64,000 bases of DNA from assembly GCA_938015425.1 (NCBI GenBank), contig CALLPQ010000030.1, forward strand, positions 2,649 through 66,648, given 5' to 3'. A program made the position numbers and the translations under genes. Of this stretch, positions 48,282 through 57,953 are shown piece after piece. The first letter of the stretch is position 1; each line of letters opens with the position of its first letter. Source of the DNA: an uncultured Parvularculaceae bacterium. Lineage in GTDB: Bacteria; Pseudomonadota; Alphaproteobacteria; Caulobacterales; Parvularculaceae. A model generated the notes under the pieces. That model was not told where the DNA came from. It did not search any database and saw only the letters and a program-made list of their open reading frames with translations.

Positions 48282-51029
48282 CTAAAAAAGCCGATCTTCA
48301 GTGTCGTCTGATAAAGACGGTTGGGTTGGTTTATTCTTTGCCTCGATCTCGTCAGCGGGCTCGTCAGCTGGCGTGAGGCGAGTGCTCATTTCTTTTGCGC
48401 GTCTGACAAAGTCGCGGTTTTCTGCGCGCCTCGCCCATGCTTTACTCCAGCTACGGGGCCAGAAATGCGTTGGCCAAATCCGATATTTGCGTGTCAGGAA
48501 GTTCTTGTTCTTTTTGCGTTTGATCTTTGCCTGTTTAGCCAGTAGCAAACTTTCCTCGAACATGGCCGCTTCATTTTCAGATGCAATAAGCGTTGTGTCA
48601 TTGTCTTCATTGTCGAGTGTGCCATTATCGTGGTTTAATAGAGCCGCTTTTAACGCCAGTGCTTTTTGTTCCTTACGGGGTAGGGGCTCTTGTGTTTTGT
48701 CATCCGATTGATCATCAATGTTTTCATAATCATCATCATACAGATTAGTTGTCGCGCCGGTTATCTCGTTTGCAATTTTGATGTCGCTATCTGTTTCCCA
48801 AGTGGGTTCAGGGCCGTCAACGATGTTAAGACGTAAGGGCTTATAATCACCAGCGTCGTCATCTGCATCAAGGGTTTTTGGTTCACTGTTCTGGGTGGGG
48901 ACTGGCGCTGATTGTTGATTTGAAATGGGTGTCTTGTTGGGTTTGCGAGGACCCTTAGGCACGAGATCATTGGGGGAGATCAGGAAAATACTGTCTTCGA
49001 TGGCAGAAGATTGTTTTTCTTCTTGCAGATTATTTTCCTGTAAAGACGTTTTCTCATATTCGATGACATTGTCTTCGTCAATTTGAACATTGGTTATTGC
49101 TATTTGATAGGCTTCCACATTTTTAATTTGAATATTTGATTTAAAATTCTCTTGCAATGCGAGTTTACGGGGGGCATTGGGCAGCTGAACGCCGATTTCT
49201 TTTTCTTCAGGGTTTATTGAATCAGCAAAGCCGTCTTGCTCGATAGAAATTTCTTGTTCGGCTGAGACTTCTAGACCGCTTGGGTTTTCTAATTCAGGTG
49301 GGCGGCTTTCTAACTCAAGCGGGGTTTCTGGCTCAAGCGGGATTTCTGGCTTGGCAGGTGTTAAGCTTTCCGTAGTAAGCGTTTTTGATGGCTCTGCTAT
49401 AATTTCTTCGGTTTGCCCCTTATTGTCTGAAGAGGGGGTTGGTTCCGGTTTTGTCGCTATTTTTTCATTTTTAGCTTCTTGATTGTTAGCGTCTAGGTTT
49501 TTAACGTCTAGCTTTTCAGCTATTGAGCTTTCAGTATACTGGGTTTTAAATTCACCTTCAACACTCTCGGTATCACGCTCGCTATCACGTTCGATGTCTT
49601 GAGTGTCTTTTGAGGGGGCCAGCGCTTTAGTATCAGATGATTGCGCTTCTCGTGTTTCGTCCGTTGGGTGTTCGCTCTCTTCCAGCGTCTCTATTTGCTC
49701 TTGATCATCAAATAAAAGTGGATTGGGCATAATGGCCTCATTATCCTTTGTTTTATCAAGAGGAAGCGGGGAGGGTTGTGTGGCTTTTGGTTTGTCACCA
49801 TCATTAACAAATTCAGTAGACAGCCTATCTTGTAGGCCGCGAGCAGCGGCTGGCGGTTTCTTGTTAATTTCTTTGCTGGGGGTTAGGCCAAGTTTTTCGC
49901 GCCTCGCGGCAAGTTCAGCCCGTAAAACATCACTGCCTTTTCGTTGGGCCAGAATTGAGGCTTTTCGTTTGGCCCGCTCCGCTGTTGTCTCTGTAGTCGA
50001 TTGGGGTGTTATAGAAGCCTGATCTTTGGAAGTCTGGTCCTTGGAAACCTGGTCTTTGGAAATCTGAGACTCTTTAATTTGTTGGTTATCAATATTTGTT
50101 TCGTTGGACGTGGGTGCATTATCCGTAACGGCTGGTGCATTGCTTTGTTTTAGCGAAGATGTTTTTTTGTTGTTATCCGTTTTGGGTTGTTCTCTAAACA
50201 GATCATTGAGTTGACGATCGCTTATAGGGGAGAGTTCCAGCCGTTCACGGACAGTATTAATATGGTTTGATTTAAAATCTTTTAGGGGGCCAACCTTGCC
50301 TAGGTGATTGCCTTGGGCCGCATTAAACCCGAGCCCGCAAAGAGCCCGTAAAGATGCTTGGTCTTCAACACCGACCGCTGCGATTGCGCATTGATTATCT
50401 TTAGCAATGTCCAGTAATTCGGATATGGCACTCAGCCCCGGCCCTCTGACTGTGCGGGCGAAACGCAATATGGCGGCGCCCCCGGTTTTTATTTCGTCAA
50501 ACGGAAATGGCGAGACTTCGCGGATAAAATCATTGGCGCGCCCACGAACTTCTATAGCTAATCGTGCACCCGTCTCTTTAAGTTTTAAAAACTGGTTTTT
50601 GGCCGCTTCCTGATTCACAGTCACAGGCGGCATTGGACATTCTAAAGTCACTTCGTTTGCGGGGAAATTATATTCTCTCAACAAAACAGTTAAATGGGAT
50701 GCTAATGCTTCATCTTGTAAGTCGGTCAGGGCTAAATTGATCGAGAAACCGGGGCCATAATTGCCGCGCCATTCAAGATAGTTTTTGAAGGACTCGTCAA
50801 GGACATACCGTGATAACTCACTCATACGGCCTTGGGATTCAAAAAAGGATATAAAAGCGCCGGGAGGCAAAATGCCAAGAGATGAATGGCGCCAGCGGAT
50901 AAAACTCTCCATACGCGAGAGAGAGCCATCGTTCAGGTTGAAGATGGGTTGGAATAATACCTCGAAATCACGCTGCTCAAAAGCGTTATCGATATCAATG
51001 TTTGACAGCCTGACAGCCTGCGCGCCCAT
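48282..51029 (-). CDS. Degenerate EAL-domain protein fused to about 650 aa of acidic low-complexity sequence and a basic Trp-rich tail
   Basis: EAL fold in residues ~15-250 (FQPIF, ESFIRW, FFESQG, SINLA, TLEC, AQG), but DDFG reads EVRG, KID reads EIKT and EGVE reads VGVE. GAGGGAAG SD before the ATG at 51029. Confidence 0.75.
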   Translation of the reverse strand: MGAQAVRLSNIDIDNAFEQRDFEVLFQPIFNLNDGSLSRMESFIRWRHSSLGILPPGAFISFFESQGRMSELSRYVLDESFKNYLEWRGNYGPGFSINLALTDLQDEALASHLTVLLREYNFPANEVTLECPMPPVTVNQEAAKNQFLKLKETGARLAIEVRGRANDFIREVSPFPFDEIKTGGAAILRFARTVRGPGLSAISELLDIAKDNQCAIAAVGVEDQASLRALCGLGFNAAQGNHLGKVGPLKDFKSNHINTVRERLELSPISDRQLNDLFREQPKTDNNKKTSSLKQSNAPAVTDNAPTSNETNIDNQQIKESQISKDQVSKDQTSKDQASITPQSTTETTAERAKRKASILAQRKGSDVLRAELAARREKLGLTPSKEINKKPPAAARGLQDRLSTEFVNDGDKPKATQPSPLPLDKTKDNEAIMPNPLLFDDQEQIETLEESEHPTDETREAQSSDTKALAPSKDTQDIERDSERDTESVEGEFKTQYTESSIAEKLDVKNLDANNQEAKNEKIATKPEPTPSSDNKGQTEEIIAEPSKTLTTESLTPAKPEIPLEPETPLELESRPPELENPSGLEVSAEQEISIEQDGFADSINPEEKEIGVQLPNAPRKLALQENFKSNIQIKNVEAYQIAITNVQIDEDNVIEYEKTSLQENNLQEEKQSSAIEDSIFLISPNDLVPKGPRKPNKTPISNQQSAPVPTQNSEPKTLDADDDAGDYKPLRLNIVDGPEPTWETDSDIKIANEITGATTNLYDDDYENIDDQSDDKTQEPLPRKEQKALALKAALLNHDNGTLDNEDNDTTLIASENEAAMFEESLLLAKQAKIKRKKNKNFLTRKYRIWPTHFWPRSWSKAWARRAENRDFVRRAKEMSTRLTPADEPADEIEAKNKPTQPSLSDDTEDRLF

Positions 51030-51325
51030 CTTAAGCTTCCCTCTGGATGTATGGTACCCGAAATGGTCACCTCAACTACCCCCCTCAGAAAACCCGCGAG
51101 GCTTCCCTTTTTTAATTGTAGGAGCCAGGGGGTTAATACACTTTAAACGGAATCTAATTCCGGCAATATTTATACAAATTAATGATTGTTTGTGGGGTGA
51201 TTTGCTGTCTTGATACAAGAGTGAATTTTAGCTCCTAACAATTTAATTTATAAACTCAGGTGATTGTTTATATGGGGGCTAACCTTCCAAGCTTGTGTTG
51301 GATAAAAGAATGGCAATTTACGCAG

Positions 51326-51350
51326 AAACCGTTTTTTAAAAACGGCTTTG
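51326..51350. terminator. Weak hairpin downstream of nadK
   Basis: AAACCGTTTTTT-AAAAACGGCTTT; an AT-rich stem with no clean U-run on the minus strand. Confidence 0.3.
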
Positions 51351-51425
51351 ATTATCTTGTTACAAGATTAAACTATTGTTTTAAAATAAGAATATTAAAT
51401 ATTGATAGAGGCTTTTAAAACCATT

Positions 51426-52184
51426 TTAATATTCGAATTGTTCGGCCAGAATGCGTTCCCCTAAGGATTGACCCTTATCAAAAAGGATGGTCATGGAGTG
51501 GGTCCGGTCTTCATGGGCTCTGACTGATATAACGTCACGGACTTCCTGATTGTCAGCAACGGCGGCCACGGGCCTGTGCTCGTGTGATAGGACCTCTATC
51601 TTGAGGCGGGCATCTTGCGGTAATAAAGCCCCTTTCCAGCGGCGGGGCCGAAATGCACTAATCGGCGTAAGGGCCAACATGCGCGAATCCAAGGGCAAAA
51701 TCGGACCATGGGCAGAAAGGTTATAAGCGGTTGAGCCTGCCGGTGTCGCTAACAACGCACCATCACAAATAAGGCGTTCCATCCTTACCTTATCATTAAT
51801 GCTGATTTTCAGTTTTGCGCTTTGGCGTGTTTGGCGCAACAAAGAGACCTCGTTAATGGCCATGGCTTCAACTATTCTTCCATCACGGGTTTGCGCTGTC
51901 ATGGCGAGAGGGTGAATAATGGCCGATTCCGCACTTTCAATGCGTTCAATCAGCTTATCCTCTTTGTAATTATTCATCAAAAAGCCGACAGTGCCTTGAT
52001 TTAGGCCATAAACGGGTTTTGAATTATGCATGTGAGAGCGTAAAACGTCTAGCATCAGCCCATCGCCGCCAACGGCAACAATAATGTCTGCTTCTTGGGG
52101 GTCTATATGCCCATAGCGGGTTCGTAAAACATCGCCTGCTTGCGTTGCATTTGGGGTGGTGCCAGCAATGATCGCGAGTTTCAT
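51426..52184 (-). CDS. nadK: NAD kinase
   Basis: VAVGGDGLMLD, NEVSL and TPAGSTAYNLSAHGPI motifs. Confidence 0.9.
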   Translation of the reverse strand: MKLAIIAGTTPNATQAGDVLRTRYGHIDPQEADIIVAVGGDGLMLDVLRSHMHNSKPVYGLNQGTVGFLMNNYKEDKLIERIESAESAIIHPLAMTAQTRDGRIVEAMAINEVSLLRQTRQSAKLKISINDKVRMERLICDGALLATPAGSTAYNLSAHGPILPLDSRMLALTPISAFRPRRWKGALLPQDARLKIEVLSHEHRPVAAVADNQEVRDVISVRAHEDRTHSMTILFDKGQSLGERILAEQFEY

Positions 52185-52348
52185 ACGCTATATTTCGGTT
52201 AAGGCTATATTTTGGTTAAAAGTGATTATTCTGATAAGGTAAGTCATCAAAATATTTTTGCAACACCCTTGATATAGTGCGATGGGGAATAATGTGTCGG
52301 GTTTGCTTTCATCAAGGTTGCCCATAATTGTTGAGGTCAAAATTCTTT

Positions 52349-53767
52349 ATGTCGAAATTCTATTCCAGTAGTTTGCAAAAGCAATCAGCAGAATTGTTTG
52401 ATGTTTCATCAGATATTGATGCTTTTCGCGGTGCGCTTTTACGGCAGTTTCAATCGTTACGTCAAAACAGCATGACATTGGCCGCGCCATTATCACCGGA
52501 AGACTGGATGGTCCAGTCGATGGAAGATGCTAGCCCAATTAAATGGCACTTGGCCCATACGAGTTGGTTTTTTGAATCGTTTATTCTCAAAATATATGAT
52601 CAGGATTACAAAGTTTTTGATGATAGTTTTTCGTATTTTTTCAATTCCTATTATCAACAAATTGGAAAAATGCAAAAGCGTTCAGAGCGCGGATTATTGT
52701 CAAGACCCTCTGCGCAGCAAGTTAAAGATTATAGAGCCCATGTGGACCATGCAATGGCGGTATTGTTCGAAAATGCCGAAGAGGATTTGTTGCCCAAGTT
52801 AAAAAATCTGATTGATCTTGGTTGTGCCCATGAAGAGCAACACCAAGAATTAATGCAAACAGATATATTGCACGGCTTTTATCAAAATAAAGACTTGCCC
52901 GCAGCCTATGAACCCCTTTCACCTTATAAAGAAAGTGTTCTGCATCATATTTCAAATGATAATAAAGATAGAGATTGTCATGATAATGGTCATCAAGCTG
53001 GCTTTGACGCTGAATGGATATCTTATCCGGGGGGACTAGTAGAGACAGGGGCAAACCTTGACGAATTTGCTTTTGATAATGAATATCCCAACCATAAATA
53101 CCATCTAAACCCGTTTGAGCTTTTATCACGTCCTGTCAGCAATCGTGATTATATTAAATTTATTAATGATGGTGGTTATCGCAATGTTCAACACTGGCTT
53201 GCTGATGGCTGGGCCTATGCGCGCGCCCATAATTGGGAAATGCCGCTTTATTGGCGATTGGGAGATGATGGCCATTATTATCAGTATACATTGTTTGGAG
53301 AGCGTCGATTGAACCTTGATGAGGCCGTGCGTCATGTTTCCTATTACGAAGCGTTTGCTTACGCCTCTTGGGCGGATGCCTGGTTGCCAACAGAAACAGA
53401 ATGGGAAGTTGCGGCAGCCAGTGATTGCCAAGATCAATTTGATAAGGGGCATTTTTTGGAAAATGGGTGCCCCGAATTAAGCGATCATTATATCAAACGA
53501 AGCCTTGGGGATGATCACACCCATCATGGTTTGCAAAACATGTTCGGGACTGTTTGGGAGTGGACGCAAAGTCCTTATACGCCTTATCCGGGATATAAAC
53601 CGGCGGCAGGTGCAATCGGAGAGTATAACGGTAAATTTATGTCCAGCCAGATGATATTGCGGGGCGGATCAAGCGCGACCCCTAAAGGGCATGTGCGGGC
53701 GAGCTATCGCAATTTTTTCCCGCCTCATGTGCGCTGGCAATTTTCCGGTTTTCGATTGGCAAGATAA
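52349..53767 (+). CDS. egtB: EgtB-like sulfoxide synthase (DinB_2 + FGE-sulfatase domains)
   Basis: Iron-ligand-type motifs HLAHTSWFFE and CAHEEQHQELM. C-terminal GTVWEWTQSPYTPYPGY...RGGSSATP...SYRNFFPPHVRWQFSGFRLA. The TTG at 52328 is an alternative start. Confidence 0.75.
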   Translation: MSKFYSSSLQKQSAELFDVSSDIDAFRGALLRQFQSLRQNSMTLAAPLSPEDWMVQSMEDASPIKWHLAHTSWFFESFILKIYDQDYKVFDDSFSYFFNSYYQQIGKMQKRSERGLLSRPSAQQVKDYRAHVDHAMAVLFENAEEDLLPKLKNLIDLGCAHEEQHQELMQTDILHGFYQNKDLPAAYEPLSPYKESVLHHISNDNKDRDCHDNGHQAGFDAEWISYPGGLVETGANLDEFAFDNEYPNHKYHLNPFELLSRPVSNRDYIKFINDGGYRNVQHWLADGWAYARAHNWEMPLYWRLGDDGHYYQYTLFGERRLNLDEAVRHVSYYEAFAYASWADAWLPTETEWEVAAASDCQDQFDKGHFLENGCPELSDHYIKRSLGDDHTHHGLQNMFGTVWEWTQSPYTPYPGYKPAAGAIGEYNGKFMSSQMILRGGSSATPKGHVRASYRNFFPPHVRWQFSGFRLAR

Positions 53768-53963
53768 AGGCGCCGATCATCCAGCGTATTTTTGACCGGA
53801 CTAGCAATTAGAAGGTGCGCATAGGCGGATTATGCTTTATACTTGATGCTTACAACACTATTTATAAAATATGCTTGCAAAAAATAAATTGATACAATCA
53901 ACTACTGAGAGCGTAAACGGAGCGAGATAAGATATAAAAATCTATGGATCAAACGCCAGTTTG

Positions 53964-54090
53964 CCCCAACTCGTTACACCTCAGGCTCTCACTTTAAAGA
54001 ATTAGAGCCGAAATCGTGTGAAATTGTTGAAATGAATGTCTGATTTACAACCTGCTGAAGGGGCTTAACGGTTTTTGACTCAGGCTCTGA
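53964..54090 (-). repeat. Dispersed intergenic repeat family, locus D (single full unit with tail, inverted orientation)
   Basis: The reverse complement reads TCAGAGCCTGAGTCAAAAACCGTTAAGCCCCTTCAGCAGGTTGTAAATCAGACATTCATTTCAACAATTTCACACGATTTCGGCTCTAATTCTTTAAAGTGAGAGCCTGAGGTGTAACGAGTTGGGG. Confidence 0.9.
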
Positions 54091-54135
54091 CAGATTTATA
54101 ATTAAAAAATTAATGCCATTTGGGAGGCTAATATT

Positions 54136-56991
54136 TTGACCATGATCATGAAAACATCATCTATTGCTCTAATCATTGCGGGTGGGCTTATAACGGAACT
54201 ATTTACGGGCGGATATTTAGCCTCAACCGCTAATGCTCAACAGGCAGTCAATACTCAACAAACAATCAATGCCAATCAAATTGATGAAGTGGCCACCAAA
54301 ACCATACAAGATGAAACCACGGATCCGCGTTTTATCAATGATTGGGTGGCGCAATTGCCTGAACATCCAACAGTGCCAAGCCCTAGAGATTTTTTGGGGT
54401 ATACGATTGGTAGTGAAGGGACGTTGACCCATGTTGATGATATTCAGCGTTATTTTGAAGCATTGGCCGAGGCTAGCCCTCGCGTTGAGTTGGTAACGGT
54501 GGGACAAAGTGCCGAAGGGCGCGATATGATTATGGCGATTATCGCCGATGAAAACACATTAAAAAATATTGATCGGTATAAAGAGATAACCAATGCTTTG
54601 GCGAATGCTGATGAGACGAGCGAGGAAGAGGCAAAAGCCCTGGTCGAAGAAGGAAAACCGATTTACTGGGTGACGGCGGGTCTTCATTCCACTGAATTGG
54701 GTCCCCCTGAAACAGCGGTTGAACTTGCTTATCGGTTAGCGGTTGAAGAACGCCCGACATTTCAAAAAATCAGAAAAGAATTGATCACCTTGATCACGCC
54801 GGTTTTAGAAGTTGATGGGCGGGCGCGTCAGGTGGAGTGGACCAAACGTCATGTTACCGATTTTGAGGATTATAATGACACCCCGCCTAAAAGCCCGCCA
54901 TTTTGGGGGCATTATACCTTTCATGATAATAATCGTGACGGGTTGGCCATTAGCCAGCCTTTGACACAAAATTATGTGAAAGCTTTTTATGAATGGCAAC
55001 CGACTTTTTCCCTTGATATGCATGAATCAGTGCCCCTGCTTTATGTGTCCACAGGCACGGGGCCCTATAATAGTGCGGTGGATCCGATCACGATTACCGA
55101 GTGGCAATCTATTGCTAATTATGAAGTATCAAGATTAACCGGACTTGGTATGCCGGGTGTATGGACGTGGGGGTTTTATACGGGTTGGTATCCAGGATAT
55201 TTATTATGGGTAACTAATAATCATAATGCTAATGGCCGGTTTTATGAGACATTTGGTAACCAAGTGGCGAAAACTGTTGAACGTGATTTAACCAATAGCC
55301 GCTTTGCTGGCGACAAGGTCATCGATAAGACATGGTATCGTGCTGACCCGCCCGAGCGCAAATTCGATTGGTCCATGCGAAATAATACGAATTTTATGCA
55401 GTCCGGTGTGATTTCTTCATTGGAATTTATTGCCAATACACCAAAAGTCTATTTGACTAATTTTTATAAAAAAGGTGTCAACGCAAAAACCCGTGCGATT
55501 GAAGAAGCACCTTATGCTTTTTCTATTCCTGTTGATCAAGATGATGTTAATGCCAGCCAAGATTTAATTGATATGCTGAGCAATCACGGCATTCATGTAA
55601 GTGTCGCTCAGCGTTCTTTCGGGGAAGATAAAGGTAAAATCAACCGCGGAGATCTGGTTGTTAAACTTGACCAACGTTATGGCCCCTTGGCGCAAAATCT
55701 GTTGGAAAATCAGAAGTTTCCGGAAAAAGTGCAAGTCTCTCCCTATGATGATGTCGCATGGACTTTAGGGTTGCAATTAGGTGTCGAGGTCAAGCCGATT
55801 GATGATAAAGCGGTTTTGGACTTAACGGTGCGGGCGTTGGATGAAGGCGCGGAGCCTTTTAAACAAGACGCCCTTTCCGGCGGCGGACGATACATCCTTG
55901 TACCTCATAAAGGGCAAAATGAATTGGGGCCTTTGCGCTTTGCTTTGGGGGCAATTGATGTTTTTTCCGCAAAAGAAGAGTTTTCTATAAGGGGGAGAAA
56001 ATACCCCGCAGGCACATTGATCATTGATAGTGCCAATGGCAATCGCGATGACATCCGTGCGGCGTTAGAAAAATTTAGCCTTAGTGGCCGCGCTGTTTCT
56101 TCACTGCCTAAGGGGGAGCATCATGTGCTGGATGTTCCACGCATTGGCTTGATCCATAGTTGGGTCAGCACCCAGGATGCGGGATGGGTGCGTTATACCC
56201 TCGATCAATCGGATGTGCCTTATGATATTGTCACCAAAGATGATGCGCGCCGCGGTAACTTGCGGGATCAATATGATGTGTTGGTGGTTCCGTCTTTTGG
56301 TGGTGGCACGACCGCAGGTGATATTGTTAGCGGTGTTGACACCAAATGGTCGCCTCTGGCCTATACAAAAACCGAGGACTATCCAAGCCACGGGATTATT
56401 GCCAGTTCACCAGATATTACAGGTGGATTTGGATTTGAAGGCATGGCGGAGATTGAAAAGTTTATCCGCCAAGGTGGCACTATGGTGGGTCTGCGTACGG
56501 GAGGTGTGTTGGCCACTGAAACGGGCATCACCCGCAAAATTGGCATAAGTCGCCCCGCTGGTTTGAACACACCCGGCTCGGTCCTATCCACAAAGATTAC
56601 CGGCTCATCTCCCCTGACTTATGGATATGACCAATTTGATTATGCGTTTCGTACCAATGGCCCCCTCTATCGGGTGGCAGACCGTAATCGTGACCATGTG
56701 GTTATGCAGTTTGGTGATAAAATTGTGCCTGAACCCTTTGATGATGAAGAGGCGGATGCGCAGGACGACAAAGCCAAAGAGGATAAACCCAAAGCCCCGC
56801 CATTGGTGCGATCTGGTGCCATTTTAAACGGTAAGCAGGTGATGAATGGTACACCAGCTTTATTGCATGAAAAAGTAGGCGACGGGCAAGTGGTGCTTTA
56901 TGCATGGAACCCCTTACACCGTCATATGAACCATCATGACCATGCTTATTTCTATAATGCATTGCTGTATTGGAATGATTTGGGGGAATGA
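54136..56991 (+). CDS. Large secreted M14-family zinc carboxypeptidase-like protein (951 aa)
   Basis: Signal peptide. Zn motif in WVTAGLHSTELG. GGGAGG SD 8 nt before the TTG at 54136 (ATG alternatives at 54142 and 54148). Confidence 0.75.
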   Translation: MTMIMKTSSIALIIAGGLITELFTGGYLASTANAQQAVNTQQTINANQIDEVATKTIQDETTDPRFINDWVAQLPEHPTVPSPRDFLGYTIGSEGTLTHVDDIQRYFEALAEASPRVELVTVGQSAEGRDMIMAIIADENTLKNIDRYKEITNALANADETSEEEAKALVEEGKPIYWVTAGLHSTELGPPETAVELAYRLAVEERPTFQKIRKELITLITPVLEVDGRARQVEWTKRHVTDFEDYNDTPPKSPPFWGHYTFHDNNRDGLAISQPLTQNYVKAFYEWQPTFSLDMHESVPLLYVSTGTGPYNSAVDPITITEWQSIANYEVSRLTGLGMPGVWTWGFYTGWYPGYLLWVTNNHNANGRFYETFGNQVAKTVERDLTNSRFAGDKVIDKTWYRADPPERKFDWSMRNNTNFMQSGVISSLEFIANTPKVYLTNFYKKGVNAKTRAIEEAPYAFSIPVDQDDVNASQDLIDMLSNHGIHVSVAQRSFGEDKGKINRGDLVVKLDQRYGPLAQNLLENQKFPEKVQVSPYDDVAWTLGLQLGVEVKPIDDKAVLDLTVRALDEGAEPFKQDALSGGGRYILVPHKGQNELGPLRFALGAIDVFSAKEEFSIRGRKYPAGTLIIDSANGNRDDIRAALEKFSLSGRAVSSLPKGEHHVLDVPRIGLIHSWVSTQDAGWVRYTLDQSDVPYDIVTKDDARRGNLRDQYDVLVVPSFGGGTTAGDIVSGVDTKWSPLAYTKTEDYPSHGIIASSPDITGGFGFEGMAEIEKFIRQGGTMVGLRTGGVLATETGITRKIGISRPAGLNTPGSVLSTKITGSSPLTYGYDQFDYAFRTNGPLYRVADRNRDHVVMQFGDKIVPEPFDDEEADAQDDKAKEDKPKAPPLVRSGAILNGKQVMNGTPALLHEKVGDGQVVLYAWNPLHRHMNHHDHAYFYNALLYWNDLGE

Positions 56992-57102
56992 TCCAAACGA
57001 CTAGACGAAATGAAAGCGCCTTTTTGGGGCTGCTGGTTTTTTCCTTTGAATATTGGATGAATGCATTCTATAGACTTCCTATAGTTTCGAAAAGGTATGA
57101 GA

Positions 57103-57411
57103 ATGTTTGCACGCATATTTAAGCCGTCAAAAACGGCGATGCAGTCTGGTCAGGCGAAAACGGCCTATTGGGTACTGGAATTTGATGCGCAAGCCGCCCG
57201 CAAGATTGACCCGTTAATGGGTTGGACATCCAGTGCGGAAACCCGTCCCGGCCAAGTGCGGCTGACCTTTGAGGATAAAGAAGACGCGATTGATTATGCG
57301 ACGCGCAACAATATTCCCTACCAGCTTATTGCGGAAAAGAACCACACAAGGGTCATCAAGGCTTATGCCGATAATTTTCAATTTCAGCGGCGTAAACCCT
57401 GGACCCATTAA
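57103..57411 (+). CDS. ETC complex I subunit conserved-region protein (NDUFS4-like)
   Basis: ARIFKPSKTAMQSG...WVLEF...DPLMGWTSS...F...EDAIDYA signature of the alphaproteobacterial NDUFS4 homologue. Confidence 0.85.
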   Translation: MFARIFKPSKTAMQSGQAKTAYWVLEFDAQAARKIDPLMGWTSSAETRPGQVRLTFEDKEDAIDYATRNNIPYQLIAEKNHTRVIKAYADNFQFQRRKPWTH

Positions 57412-57621
57412 TCTGCCATAGTATTAAACTAAAGATGGTGGCTTTGATCTGGTTAAAAGAGAAATTGATTTTATAAATCGCCTCATGGGTGAAAACGATA
57501 TTAAAAATCACCTTAATCACTTGGCTTTAAAAAATTGAATTGTAAAAAATTGACCTTAGGGACAATACTGATTAGGTAATTGAGATAATCACAGAACACT
57601 CTCGTGATTATAAAATATAAT

Positions 57622-57698
57622 GGCTCCGTAGCTCAGCTGGATAGAGCACCGGCCTTCTAAGCCGACGGTCGTAGGTTCGAATCCTACCGGAGTCGCCA
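57622..57698 (+). tRNA. tRNA-Arg (anticodon UCU)
   Basis: GGCTCCGTAGCTCAGCTGGATAGAGCACCGGCCTTCTAAGCCGACGGTCGTAGGTTCGAATCCTACCGGAGTCGCCA. Good cloverleaf, TTCGAAT T-loop, encoded CCA. Confidence 0.92.
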
Positions 57699-57953
57699 TT
57701 TTTATTTCTTCATTAAAATCAATTGTTTATACCTTAACCGATGATATATCGATGACGGAAAGTGATAGTCGTTATTCTAACGGGTTATTTAATTCAATTA
57801 TCGCACTGCAAATGTGATCATCAAAAAGGGGTTTACGATAAAGTGTGACTTTTCATTTTTTGTTTAGCCTTGTATGACCAAAGGTCAGTGGATTAGGGAT
57901 TATGCTTTATTATTTGCCCTATAGCTGATTAACTGTGGGGGTTAGGGTTTGAT

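Noticed and set aside
56995-57050. Possible terminator after the M14 gene (AGCGCCTTTTTGGGGCTGCTGGTTTTTT)
   Set aside because: Only a 3-4 bp stem can be drawn, which is too weak to call despite the T-run.
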